Shown here one piece after another: positions 28,388 to 47,826 of a stretch of 64,000 nt of DNA. Numbering within the stretch: position 1 is the stretch's first letter; each line of letters opens with the position of its first letter. Under the pieces are notes generated by a model. The model was not told where the DNA came from, did not search any database, and saw only the letters and a program-made list of their open reading frames with translations. This stretch comes from Meiothermus sp. (GTDB lineage Bacteria; Deinococcota; Deinococci; Deinococcales; Thermaceae): NCBI GenBank assembly GCA_033762915.1, contig JANRLD010000084.1, forward strand, positions 23,449 to 87,448, in the 5' to 3' direction. The translations under genes were made by a program, and so were the position numbers.

Positions 28388-29716
28388 GTGACGCCAAAGA
28401 TGAAACGTGCAGCTTGGATAATCGGGGGTGGGGCCGTTCTGGCCGCCGCCCTGGTGTATGCCCAGCTCGGGCGGCCCAACGCCGACGTGCTGACCCGCAA
28501 CCCCAACGGCCAGGCCCTGGTGCAAACCTACCAGGCCATCCAGAACGACTATCTTGAAAAGCTCACCCCTGAGCAGCTCAACAAGGTGCTCGAGGGGGGC
28601 ATCAGCGGGATGCTGGGGGCACTGGGCTCGGAGTTCAACTCCTACGGCTCGCCGGAGGACGCCAAAAACGACGAGGAGATGCGCAGGGGCGAGTTCTTCG
28701 GCATCGGGGCCACCCTCGGCCCCGGCGCGGACAACAAAGGGGCCCAAATTCTTCAGTTAATTCGCGGGCTGCCAGCCTTTAACGCTGGGATCCAGGTCGG
28801 CGACTTTATCAGCGAGGTTAATGGCGAGGACGTGAGCAACCTCTCGGTCTCGCAGGTACGCAATAAGATCGTTGGGCAGCGCGGGACCAAGGTCACGGTG
28901 GGGGTCAAGCGCCAGGGCAGCAACGTCACCCTCAAGTTCGACATGATCCGCGAGCGGGTCGAGATTGTCTCGGTCACCAGCGGCATGATTCCGGGCAACA
29001 TCGGGTACGTGAGCCTCGAGACCTTCATCTCCGACAAGGTCAACGACCAGCTCCAGGCAGCCATCAACGGGCTCAAGGCTAGGGGCGCGACCAAGCTTAT
29101 CTTCGACCTCCGCGACAACGGCGGCGGGCAGCTCCAGCAGGCCTGTCTGGTGGCACAAAACTTTATCCGTAGCGGCCCGCTGGTCTTCCAGCGCACCCGC
29201 GATCGCACCACCGAGTACTGCAGGGGCGAAAACAGCGCCATCTGGAACGGCCCGTTGGTGGTGCTGATCAACCGCAACTCGGCCTCGGAGATCGTCTCCG
29301 GCGCTGTGCAGGACACCAAGCGCGGCAAGGTCATCGGCGAGACCAGCTTCGGGAAAGGCGTGGGCCAGTACGTTCGCCCCATGGTCAACGGTGGCGAGTT
29401 GGTGCTGGTGACCTTCGAGTGGCTCACCCCCAACAAGCGCGGCATCAACGAGAAGGGCGTGGAGCCCGACATCAAGCTGCGCGACTCCCGCTTCGAGAGC
29501 CCTGTGGCCTTCGAAGGCGCGGGCGCCAAGCCCGGCGAGACCGTCACCCTGAGTATTGGGGGCAAAACCTACTCCACCAAGGCCGACGCCGAGGGTAAAT
29601 ACACCTTCGCCGCCCCCCGCTCCGCGCCCCCCGCCCTCCCCGCCGAGCGCGGCCAGGCCATGCTGGACCTGGACAGGGACGCCATCCTGAAGCGGGCGGT
29701 AGAGGAGTTGCGCTAA
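28388..29716 (+). CDS. S41 C-terminal processing peptidase (CtpA-like) with PDZ domain
   Basis: GIGA PDZ loop, DLRDNGGG, SFGKG; active-site motif reads NSASEI instead of SASASEI. Confidence 0.9.
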   Translation: MTPKMKRAAWIIGGGAVLAAALVYAQLGRPNADVLTRNPNGQALVQTYQAIQNDYLEKLTPEQLNKVLEGGISGMLGALGSEFNSYGSPEDAKNDEEMRRGEFFGIGATLGPGADNKGAQILQLIRGLPAFNAGIQVGDFISEVNGEDVSNLSVSQVRNKIVGQRGTKVTVGVKRQGSNVTLKFDMIRERVEIVSVTSGMIPGNIGYVSLETFISDKVNDQLQAAINGLKARGATKLIFDLRDNGGGQLQQACLVAQNFIRSGPLVFQRTRDRTTEYCRGENSAIWNGPLVVLINRNSASEIVSGAVQDTKRGKVIGETSFGKGVGQYVRPMVNGGELVLVTFEWLTPNKRGINEKGVEPDIKLRDSRFESPVAFEGAGAKPGETVTLSIGGKTYSTKADAEGKYTFAAPRSAPPALPAERGQAMLDLDRDAILKRAVEELR

Positions 29717-29813
29717 ACAGGGTTTTGGGTAACTCCACAGTTTAGCCGTCTCGAGACGCCAATAAGCCACTCACCCCTGCCTACACCCCCTTGCGCGCAA
29801 ACCCCAAATCTTG

Positions 29814-29844
29814 ACCCTTCTCCTGCTGAGGAGAAGGGTTTTTT
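29814..29844 (+). terminator. Intrinsic terminator
   Basis: ACCCTTCTCCT-GCTG-AGGAGAAGGGT then a T run. Confidence 0.85.
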
Positions 29845-29952
29845 GGAAAAACCAGCCTTCTAGCAATGGTTTTCCGCTCCTGAGCCCACAACGGCCCAAC
29901 TAACGGTCAAAAGCCCCGCCGTCTGCCCCACGTACCGAGTAACCTAATCCCC

Positions 29953-30705
29953 ATGAGCGTGATTCAGCTCGAGAACCTCGGCAAGCGGTACGGAAAATTC
30001 GTGGCCCTCGAGGGGCTCAACCTCGACGTGCGGCCCGGCGAGACCCTGGCCCTACTGGGGCCCAACGGGGCCGGCAAGAGTACCACCATTAAGTCGCTGG
30101 TGGGTCTGCTGCGCCCGAGCTCGGGTCGGGCGCTGGTCAACGGCGTGGACGTGTGGAAGGATGCGGTGAAGGCCAAGAGCCAGTTCGGCTACGTGCCCGA
30201 CCGGCCCTACCTCTATGGAAAGCTGACCGGACTCGAGCTGCTGCGCTTCGCCTCGGGGGTGTACCGGCTGGATCGCAAGGAGAGCGAGCGACGCATCGAG
30301 GAGCTGCTGGTGCAGTTCCGGCTCGAGCGCTTCGCCTCCTCGATGATCGAGACCTACTCCCATGGGATGCGCCAAAAGCTCTCTCTGGCCATGAGCCTGC
30401 TGCACCGGCCCCACGCCCTGATCCTCGACGAGCCGATGGTCGGCCTCGACCCCCACGCCACCCGCCTGGTCAAAGACCTCCTGCGCGACTACTCCAAGGA
30501 CGGCAAGGCGGTGCTCTACGCCACCCACCAGCTCCACCTTGCCGAGCAGGTCGCCGACCGGGTGGCCCTGGTTCACCGGGGCCAGCTGATGGCCCTGGGC
30601 ACCCCCAGAGAGCTGCTCAACCAGCACAACTCCATCGACCTCGAGGAGTTCTTCCTGCGCCTCACCGAGGACGCCCAACAAGAGCCGGAGCTAGAGCAGG
30701 TTTAG
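29953..30705 (+). CDS. ABC transporter ATP-binding protein (ABC-2 type)
   Basis: GPNGAGKS, YSHGMRQ, ILDEP; no adjacent permease. Confidence 0.93.
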   Translation: MSVIQLENLGKRYGKFVALEGLNLDVRPGETLALLGPNGAGKSTTIKSLVGLLRPSSGRALVNGVDVWKDAVKAKSQFGYVPDRPYLYGKLTGLELLRFASGVYRLDRKESERRIEELLVQFRLERFASSMIETYSHGMRQKLSLAMSLLHRPHALILDEPMVGLDPHATRLVKDLLRDYSKDGKAVLYATHQLHLAEQVADRVALVHRGQLMALGTPRELLNQHNSIDLEEFFLRLTEDAQQEPELEQV

Positions 30706-30876
30706 GCTAGTTCTACCCGGCAAGGCCCTCTGGCCCCTGGTTCCGGTTACCCTACTCTGCCTTTGATTCCGTGTCCCCCTCCCGGTGGACAAGCGACCTT
30801 CTTTGTAATTTGGGATATAATCCCCCAAACTGTTCGGGGCAGGGTGCCTGGGTAGCAGTTGGCTCGAGGGTGTGAC

Positions 30877-31338
30877 GTGCGTGGACGCAACGTTTTCCTA
30901 ATCGCTTTTGTGGTGCTGATGGGGCTCTTCGCGTGGCGCAACTGGAGCGTCTTTAGCGAGGAGCGAACCCTTTCGCTCATTTTTACCCAGGTCACAGCGC
31001 CCTTCGGGGTGGTGCTTCTGACCATCATGGCGGTGTTGGTGGTGGTCTATTTCCTCTACACGGTGGGTCTCGAGGCCGCCGCGCTGATGGAGGTTAAGCG
31101 CTACGCCCGCGAACTGCTAAGCGCCCGAAAACTGGCCGACGAGGCCGAGGCCAGCCGCTTTTCCGAGCTGAAGAAGTGGCTCGAGACCGAGTTCAAGCCC
31201 ACCGCCGTCAACCACGAGGTGCTGTCCCGCATTGACCAAGCCGAGCAAGAGCTCCGCCAGGACATCGAAAAGGCCGGCAACACCCTGGCAGCCTACATCG
31301 GCGAACTCGAGGATCAGCTAAAGGAAAAAACCACCTAG
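30877..31338 (+). CDS. LapA-like membrane protein with coiled-coil tail
   Basis: Two TM helices with the N...TLSLIF...P pattern. Confidence 0.7.
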   Translation: MRGRNVFLIAFVVLMGLFAWRNWSVFSEERTLSLIFTQVTAPFGVVLLTIMAVLVVVYFLYTVGLEAAALMEVKRYARELLSARKLADEAEASRFSELKKWLETEFKPTAVNHEVLSRIDQAEQELRQDIEKAGNTLAAYIGELEDQLKEKTT

Positions 31339-31556
31339 CCCAGCCCTAACGGGCCATGACCTCTCTAGCGGTTCGGGTCGGCCTACCTGATCGCCCAGAC
31401 CCCAATGGATGTTCGGTGGCTGCGCCAAACCCTAGACTTTGCCGGAAAGCCGCCTCTTTACCCTGCCATGGCGACCGGCACCGCACCGCTGGGATGACTT
31501 GATCTATTGGCCCCATGGCCCCATCCAGTGCTTTTTCGAGCAGACATGAGTTTTCT

Positions 31557-31668
31557 GTAGCTCGAGGTAGAGGTCTGCTCGTGGCTGACAGGCTCGAGCC
31601 GGTCGGAAACTTGAGCTGGTCGTGTAGGCTCGAGGCCGAGATCTGCTCGAGGCTGAGAGGCTCGAGCC
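31557..31668. repeat. Imperfect tandem duplication (~45-bp unit, ~68-bp period) rich in CTCGAG
   Basis: ctcgaggtagaggtctgctcgtggctgacaggctcgagcc versus ctcgaggccgagatctgctcgaggctgagaggctcgagcc. Confidence 0.7.
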
Positions 31669-31671
31669 TCT

Positions 31672-32436
31672 CTAGAAATTCCAACTCGAGCTGAGCTTAC
31701 TGCCACACTCAAGGCACTCAAACACGCCGTTTTTGATCACATTGATGGCTTGACAGTGGTCGCAGCGGCGGAACTCGAACTCGGCGGTAAAGTGGAGTGG
31801 GAACCGTACCTCCACAATTTTCAAGGCTGCTTCGAGCACAGACCAACAACTAAACTCGGGGCAGTAGCCCGTGGACTGATTGGTGATTTGCGTGATGGCG
31901 GGTTCACCGTCCATCCACTCGAGCGTCAGCTCACCCGCCGCCAGAACAGGCTTGCCCTTGGCGCAAGCAACGTGTTCACTGCGTCTATCGGCAATCCAAA
32001 GCACCGCTTGGGTGTCCAAGATGAAGGTGGTGATGACCTCGAGGTTGGGCTTGATTGTCCAGCCATTTCGCTTCGCCCAAAGAGCAAAATCCGACTTTTC
32101 GTAAACTTCGGTTAGGTCGGCGGGAGGATCGAGAGTCAAGCGATCTGGTGAACCTACATAGCTATATTGCTTCGATTCTTCAACAAGGGCAAGAAAATCG
32201 AGCGCAGGAAAAATGTGCTTCTCTTGATACTCGCTAAGGCTGTTTGCATACCCGTGCCCAATGGTAATTGCCTCTTTAGCCTCCACAAATGATAGGTCAA
32301 AAAGCTCACGAACCAGCTTGATGCTTTCTAACGGGCCAATGTTTTCTTGCTTGAGAACCCGAGCGACTTCAACAGGAGTTTTTTTCTCACGGAGAAGGGT
32401 CTTGTAATGCTCGAGCAATGCTTGGTAGGTAGCCAT
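31672..32436 (-). CDS. Hypothetical protein: L7/L12-CTD-like N-terminus, EHVACA..AGE..NQSTGYCP domain, C-terminal Zn ribbon
   Basis: 254-aa open frame, visibly AT-richer than its flanks; IKLVRELFDLSFVEAKE; CDHC...CLEC. Confidence 0.75.
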   Translation of the reverse strand: MATYQALLEHYKTLLREKKTPVEVARVLKQENIGPLESIKLVRELFDLSFVEAKEAITIGHGYANSLSEYQEKHIFPALDFLALVEESKQYSYVGSPDRLTLDPPADLTEVYEKSDFALWAKRNGWTIKPNLEVITTFILDTQAVLWIADRRSEHVACAKGKPVLAAGELTLEWMDGEPAITQITNQSTGYCPEFSCWSVLEAALKIVEVRFPLHFTAEFEFRRCDHCQAINVIKNGVFECLECGSKLSSSWNF

Positions 32437-32573
32437 AGATGGACTAACTCTACATCTTTATGTAGGGCCCATCCCTTGTGGTTGGCCTAAACTGCGTCCG
32501 GGTCGTCAACGTGATCCGGCATGTGGAGTGAGGAGGCCAGGCACAAGTCGCTGGCCTTACAAACGACATAAAC

Positions 32574-32601
32574 GGGGCCTCGAGCATTCACTCGAGGCCC
32601 C
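32574..32601 (-). terminator. rpoC terminator hairpin
   Basis: GGGGCCTCGAG-N6-CTCGAGGCCCC followed by GTTTAT on the minus strand. Confidence 0.75.
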
Positions 32602-32624
32602 CAAGTCCATCAACCTACATCAAA

Positions 32625-37190
<4,566 letters not shown>

Positions 37191-37284
37191 TCAGTCCCCC
37201 GTGTTGGGAAGGAAACTTGCGCTCTATGAGTTGCGGTCGACCTGCGCTTGCGCTCGTGATGTTCCATTCACTCTGCTAAACCGT

Positions 37285-37430
37285 TGTCATGCCGAGGAGG
37301 CGTTGTTTGCCCAAGAAGAATCTCTCGCTACGTCGGGTCGTCTGATTGATGTCGGCGGTGACAGTCCTTTACAACATTGCGCCGGCTGCCGTACGCCCTT
37401 CGTAGATTCTTCGCTCTGCTCAGAATGACA
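37285..37430. mobile_element. REP/MITE-like palindromic element in the rpoB-rpoC spacer
   Basis: Inverted ends TGTCAT...GAAGAATCT and AGATTCTTCGCTCTGCTCAGAATGACA. Confidence 0.7.
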
Positions 37431-37512
37431 CCGGGGTTGGTTGGGTGGTTTGCGGAGGGATTTGGTGCGCGGTTTGCTTTTTACTTTTGGCTACCCGCCA
37501 CCCGCTATCCCC

Positions 37513-40887
<3,375 letters not shown>

Positions 40888-41201
40888 GCGTGTACCTCGT
40901 GGCGCTGGGCGCCGCTGAGAGTCCAGAGTCTAAAGTTGTGCGCTAAAGCCAGAGCCAAAAGCATCACTCCTCGAGCCTCCTTTTCCAAACAAGAAAACCC
41001 TGTGCAGCCGTTCCCACCTATCAGACGCGCAAAAAGATTCCGCCCAAGGATGTTGGGTGTGGAACTCAGAAAGATTGCACGTTGGTTGGGGGTATGGCGT
41101 AAGCTAACAGGGTTCTTCCGCAGGCAAGACTTCCCTGCGGCGGCTGGTTCTTACGTTGTGCTTCCACGGCGCGAAGCGCACGTTAATAGCAACACTTGAG
41201 G

Positions 41202-41230
41202 AGTATAGCACACATGCATACATAATGCAA
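41202..41230 (-). promoter_or_regulatory. Sigma-A promoter of rpoBC
   Basis: TTGCAT-N17-TATACT with extended TGn; implies a ~300-nt 5' leader. Confidence 0.7.
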
Positions 41231-41383
41231 CCTGCACCGATTTTTTTTCGTTGCTAGTCCAGAGTGTAGCACAAACTGACCGTGTTGGGGAGGGGGCTGA
41301 ACATAACCAAGAGATTTGCGGACACGGACCCCAAAACCACCTCAAGCCACTTACACCCCACAACCGCCCGGTATACTCCTTTG

Positions 41384-41905
41384 GTGCTGATTTTGGGCAT
41401 AGACACCGCCACGCCATACCTGGTTTTGGGCTTGCCCACTGCCGAGCGGGCGGTGCGGCTTGAGCGCCGCCACGCCGAGGTGCTATGGTCCGAACTCGAG
41501 GACTTCCTGCGCCAAAACAGCGTGGATCGCTCGGGGCTCGAGGCTATCGCGGTCGGACAGGGGCCGGGCTCTTACACCGGATTGCGGGTGGGGGTTTCAG
41601 CGGGGCTGGGCCTGGCCCGGGGGCTAGGCGTACCCGTGGTCGGGGTAAGCACCCTGCACGCCGTCGGACTGCGCTACAGCCGGAGGGTCATGGTAGCCCA
41701 CACCACCCGCAACGGCCTCTGCTACGCTGCGACCTACGACGGCACCCTCGAGGTCAGCCCGCCGCGCAAGGTCCAGCTGAGCGAACTCGAGGCCAGCAAC
41801 GGCCTGCTGAGCCTAGACGAACCCCCTTCGGGCAAGGCGATGGCGCGGCTCGCGGCAGCCGCCCTTATCTCCGGAGAGCCCAAGATCGAACCGGTGTACC
41901 TTTGA
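41384..41905 (+). CDS. tsaB: t6A37 biosynthesis subunit TsaB
   Basis: ILGIDTAT, HAE, GPGSYTGLRVG; TATACT 6 nt before GTG. Confidence 0.92.
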   Translation: MLILGIDTATPYLVLGLPTAERAVRLERRHAEVLWSELEDFLRQNSVDRSGLEAIAVGQGPGSYTGLRVGVSAGLGLARGLGVPVVGVSTLHAVGLRYSRRVMVAHTTRNGLCYAATYDGTLEVSPPRKVQLSELEASNGLLSLDEPPSGKAMARLAAAALISGEPKIEPVYL

Positions 41906-42110
41906 GTTAGGCCTCCCGGCCACCCGAACGGTTGACTCCGAGCCTTTACCTAGCCCAATCCTTTCAGCCCGAATACAGTCGCCCAACCCCTACGGAGCCT
42001 ACGTTAGAGAACCTTCCCCACGTTGAAGGTTGCACTTGCTGGGCAGTTCACCTCAAGTAGCTTCGATCGCCTCGCACCAGACCCCGCATCTTCCTTCCCC
42101 AGCCCGAAAA

Positions 42111-43229
42111 ATGAACGACTATCACGCCCTCCGATCCGTCCCGCTCGCCGGGGGCAGCCTGATGGTCAAGGGCGGGGTCCGGGGATTTCCCGACCCCCAG
42201 TACGACCTGCTGGCCCGGCGACTCGAGCCCTTCGGGACCCATGCCCTTGACCTAAACCCAGGCGCAGGCGTCGTGACGCTGGCCCTGGTGCGGCACGGGC
42301 TGAGTGTGGGTGCTTTGGAGACTTCCAGGGCCGCCCAGCGCTGCCTCGAGGCAAGCTTCGCCAACCGCGTACATCTCGAGATGGAGCCCCCCTGGCAAAC
42401 CCGTCCCGACTGCGCCGATCTGGTGGCAATGGTGCTGCCTGCCAACCGGGGCACCCGTTATGTCGAGGCCAGCCTGTGGGGGGCCAGCAACGCCCTACGA
42501 ACCGGGGGGCGCCTGTGGATCTCCGGAGCCAAGGACAAGGGCTTCGAGGGCTACTTTAAGGCCGCCCAGGAATTACTGGGCTTCGGAACCCTGGTGGCCA
42601 AGGACGGCCCTTACCGCCTGGCAGTGCTCGAGAAGGAGAAGCCCACCCCGCCTGCCCCCGAGCTGTGGGTGCACTACACCACCGAAGTTGACGGTCGGCC
42701 GTACACCTTCCACAGCCTCCCCGGCGTGTTCTCCGGCACCCACCTCGACCCTGGCACAAGGATGCTCCTTGAACACCTCCCCGACCGGATGGGCCAGGTC
42801 CTGGAACTCGGCGCAGGCGGTGGGGCCCTGGCCCTCCCCCTGATGCACAAGTGCCAGGGTCTGACCCTCCTCGAGGACGACCTCGTTAGCGTGCTGAGCC
42901 TCGAAAGGTCCATCTCTTCGGCTTTGCCTTCTCTCCCCTCCTCCCTAACGCCTCCCACCGTTATTCACTCTGACGTGGACTTCGATTTGACAAAAAACGC
43001 CCGCTTCAATACCATAGTGTCAAACCCCCCGTTTCACGTGGGGGGCCTTGTCGTGTTAGATACCGCACGAGCATTTCTTCATGCTGCCCAGACCCGCCTG
43101 GAAAGGGGCGGGGAGTTTTATCTGGTGGCCAACCGCTTTCTCCCCTACGAACCGCTGCTCGAGCAAGGCTTCACGCAGGTTCGCACCCTGGCCGTGAACA
43201 GCCACAAGGTGCTCTGCGCCGTGAAGTGA
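42111..43229 (+). CDS. RsmC/RlmG-like class I SAM methyltransferase
   Basis: PGVFS..LDPGT, ELGAGGG, SNPPFH, LVANRFLPY. Confidence 0.85.
   Translation: MNDYHALRSVPLAGGSLMVKGGVRGFPDPQYDLLARRLEPFGTHALDLNPGAGVVTLALVRHGLSVGALETSRAAQRCLEASFANRVHLEMEPPWQTRPDCADLVAMVLPANRGTRYVEASLWGASNALRTGGRLWISGAKDKGFEGYFKAAQELLGFGTLVAKDGPYRLAVLEKEKPTPPAPELWVHYTTEVDGRPYTFHSLPGVFSGTHLDPGTRMLLEHLPDRMGQVLELGAGGGALALPLMHKCQGLTLLEDDLVSVLSLERSISSALPSLPSSLTPPTVIHSDVDFDLTKNARFNTIVSNPPFHVGGLVVLDTARAFLHAAQTRLERGGEFYLVANRFLPYEPLLEQGFTQVRTLAVNSHKVLCAVK
42987..43015 (+). promoter_or_regulatory. Internal consensus promoter upstream of rpoD
   Basis: TTGACA-N17-TACCAT inside the methyltransferase CDS. Confidence 0.75.
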
Positions 43230-43277
43230 AGTACCCTCGAAGGCGCGCGCCATAGGGAAATCTGGAGGTGAATCGTT

Positions 43278-45560
<2,283 letters not shown>

Positions 45561-45590
45561 GCTCAGCCAAACCCAAACAAGCCTCTTTTG

Positions 45591-45618
45591 CCAGCCCCAG
45601 AGCCATTCCTGGGGCTGG
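45591..45618 (+). terminator. Hairpin downstream of rpoD
   Basis: CCAGCCCCAG-N8-CTGGGGCTGG; weak U tract. Confidence 0.55.
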
Positions 45619-46093
45619 TGTTCATCTCCACCGAACCCGATTCGCCTTGCCAAGTCCCCAGACCCAGATCTGCGCGTGACTTGTTGAGGACAATCAACCA
45701 GTATTCCCAACCTGCATTCAGACCCGGCACTGCTGAAGGGGCAGCATCAGCCAATACTTTGAATGGCTCGAGAATCTTGACAATCCATAGAGGCTAGGAA
45801 TTGAGGTTGTCTTGGTCTGTGCACTCCTCATCGCGATTCCCACCATTACCTCCCTCGCGGCGGCAGGTAATGTACTCCCTACAGCAGAAACCGCTGTAGG
45901 GAGTATGCGTAGGAATCGCTCCTCACACCGACGGTGTGGTGCTGGAACAGGCCACCGCATTTTGACAAATTGACTAGACCTCAACATACTGCTGAGCTGT
46001 GCTATACAGCCCTCAAAAACTTCTTCATCTTGAGCTCCTTTACCCAACCAAAACAGTTTGCCTGAAGCGAAAAGACTAGACGCGGAGAAGAGT

Positions 46094-46651
46094 ATGTTCA
46101 AACACGACCTTGGTGATGGAGCCTACCTGCAACCCCTCGAGCCGCGCCACGCCCAGGAGTTTCTCGACTTCCTGACCGCCAACCGGGAACACCTGCTCGA
46201 GTGGCTCAACTGGGAGCACCTATTTGGTCTGGAGGAAGCCCAGAAGTACCTCGCTCAGGGTATGACCCGCTATGCCGAGGACAGCCTGCCCTGGGTGGGC
46301 ATCTGGCAGGACGGCCGGATGGCGGGCGGGGTGCTGTTCTTTCCCGTAGACAAGCGCACCAAGAGCAGCGAGATTGGCTACTGGCTGGGCCGAGGGTTCA
46401 CTGGCCGAGGGCTGGTGACCCGGGCGGCGCGGGCCATGCTGAATCACGCTTTTGGGGAGTTGGGGCTGAAACGCATGGCCCTGCTGGCCGCGACCGAGAA
46501 TAGGGCCTCGAGGCGGGTGGCCGAGCGACTGGGTTTCACGCTGGAGGGCGTCTTGCGCAAGGCCGGCTTGTGCAAGGGGCAGACGGTAGACCTGGCCGCC
46601 TACTCGATGCTGGCGGAAGAGTGGGCCAGACTCGAGGCCGCTCCGCAATGA
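46094..46651 (+). CDS. RimJ/RimL-type GNAT acetyltransferase
   Basis: EIGYWLG..FTGRG, N.ASRRVAERLGF.LEG. Confidence 0.9.
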   Translation: MFKHDLGDGAYLQPLEPRHAQEFLDFLTANREHLLEWLNWEHLFGLEEAQKYLAQGMTRYAEDSLPWVGIWQDGRMAGGVLFFPVDKRTKSSEIGYWLGRGFTGRGLVTRAARAMLNHAFGELGLKRMALLAATENRASRRVAERLGFTLEGVLRKAGLCKGQTVDLAAYSMLAEEWARLEAAPQ

Positions 46652-47085
46652 AGGTGATCTCGCTTCACACCTCCCCCGATCGCGGCTTTACGCGCCCGCA
46701 AGTTGAGTCTCTAGAACTCTTGGCCGGTCACGGTGTCCGGGGCGACCGTAAAGCAGGTAGGCGCGAAAGCAGAGCGGTGCTGCTGGTCGGGCAGACCACC
46801 TACGACCATCTTCAAAGCGTCGGCCGACCGCTCCCCTACGGCGGGCTGGGCGAAAACATGGTGCTGGATTTGGATCCGCACGCCCTCGAGGTTGGGGTGC
46901 AACTCAGAGTTGGCGGGGCAGTCTTGGAAGTCGCCCTCTACTGCACGCCCTGCAAAACCCTGCGCGAGCGCTATGGTTCGGACTTCCCGCAGGTTTTGGG
47001 CCGACGCCGGGGAATGCTGGCGCGGGTCCTGACGGGCGGCAAGGTACATTCGGGCCAGGGGGTGGAGGTTATCCTGTCTCAATGA
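46648..47085 (+). CDS. MOSC domain protein
   Basis: GVRGD, RAVLL, GENM, CTPC, RGMLARVLTGG; ATGA overlap. Confidence 0.88.
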   Translation: MKVISLHTSPDRGFTRPQVESLELLAGHGVRGDRKAGRRESRAVLLVGQTTYDHLQSVGRPLPYGGLGENMVLDLDPHALEVGVQLRVGGAVLEVALYCTPCKTLRERYGSDFPQVLGRRRGMLARVLTGGKVHSGQGVEVILSQ

Positions 47086-47354
47086 GCGAGTTGGCCGCGC
47101 AGGTGCAGAACTACCTCGAGATCTACGACCCGTTGGGCATGGCCGAGCTGGCCCCGGTGTCCGCGCTGTACCTGCCGGTGGTGCCCGAGGTCATCCAAAA
47201 GCTCAGTGCTGTCCAGACGCCCGAGGCCGCCGCCGAGGCCGTCCACCGCGTGCTATTCCTAACCTATGGTAGTCAGGCCGGGCATCCGCGCAACTATGGG
47301 GACCTGGGACGGGACCTGTTGAAGCTGGTACACAAAGAGATGGGCACGGGGTAG
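47082..47354 (+). CDS. Small helical hypothetical protein (DUF1871-like)
   Basis: YDPLGM...Y pattern; ATGA overlap. Confidence 0.6.
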   Translation: MSELAAQVQNYLEIYDPLGMAELAPVSALYLPVVPEVIQKLSAVQTPEAAAEAVHRVLFLTYGSQAGHPRNYGDLGRDLLKLVHKEMGTG

Positions 47355-47826
47355 TGGGTAAGTCGAGTAAAGGTCGATGGCCAAAAGCCAATCGCCTGGC
47401 CCCAGGACAGACCGCTCCACTAGATGCTCACAGTATCTGAAGCGAACATTTGCTGGTGCAGAACCCACTCAATTTGCCGACCAACTCAAGACTGACGTAC
47501 ATGCTCCGTCCTAAACGGCCAGGCGGACTTGCTCGAGCTACTCCAGCGCAACGCCCTCGAGCAGCTCTCGGCTTTTGGCCTGTAGTCTTTTGGGCAAGAC
47601 TGGGAAGTTACTTACGACCACGCTGCTCCACCTTTCCTGGCGGGTGGAGCCGAATGCCCCCCGTAGGGGAGTTGGCGTTCGGGCTCTTAAAACACCAACG
47701 CCGCCAGGGAGGCAGGGCTGGCGGGCGTCACGGTGTTGGAACTGGGTCTGGAGGCAGGGAAGCGAGCGTCCGCAACGCCCACTTCGTCTAGAGTAGCGCC
47801 GAAATTGAAAAGCCTCTGGTCAAATA

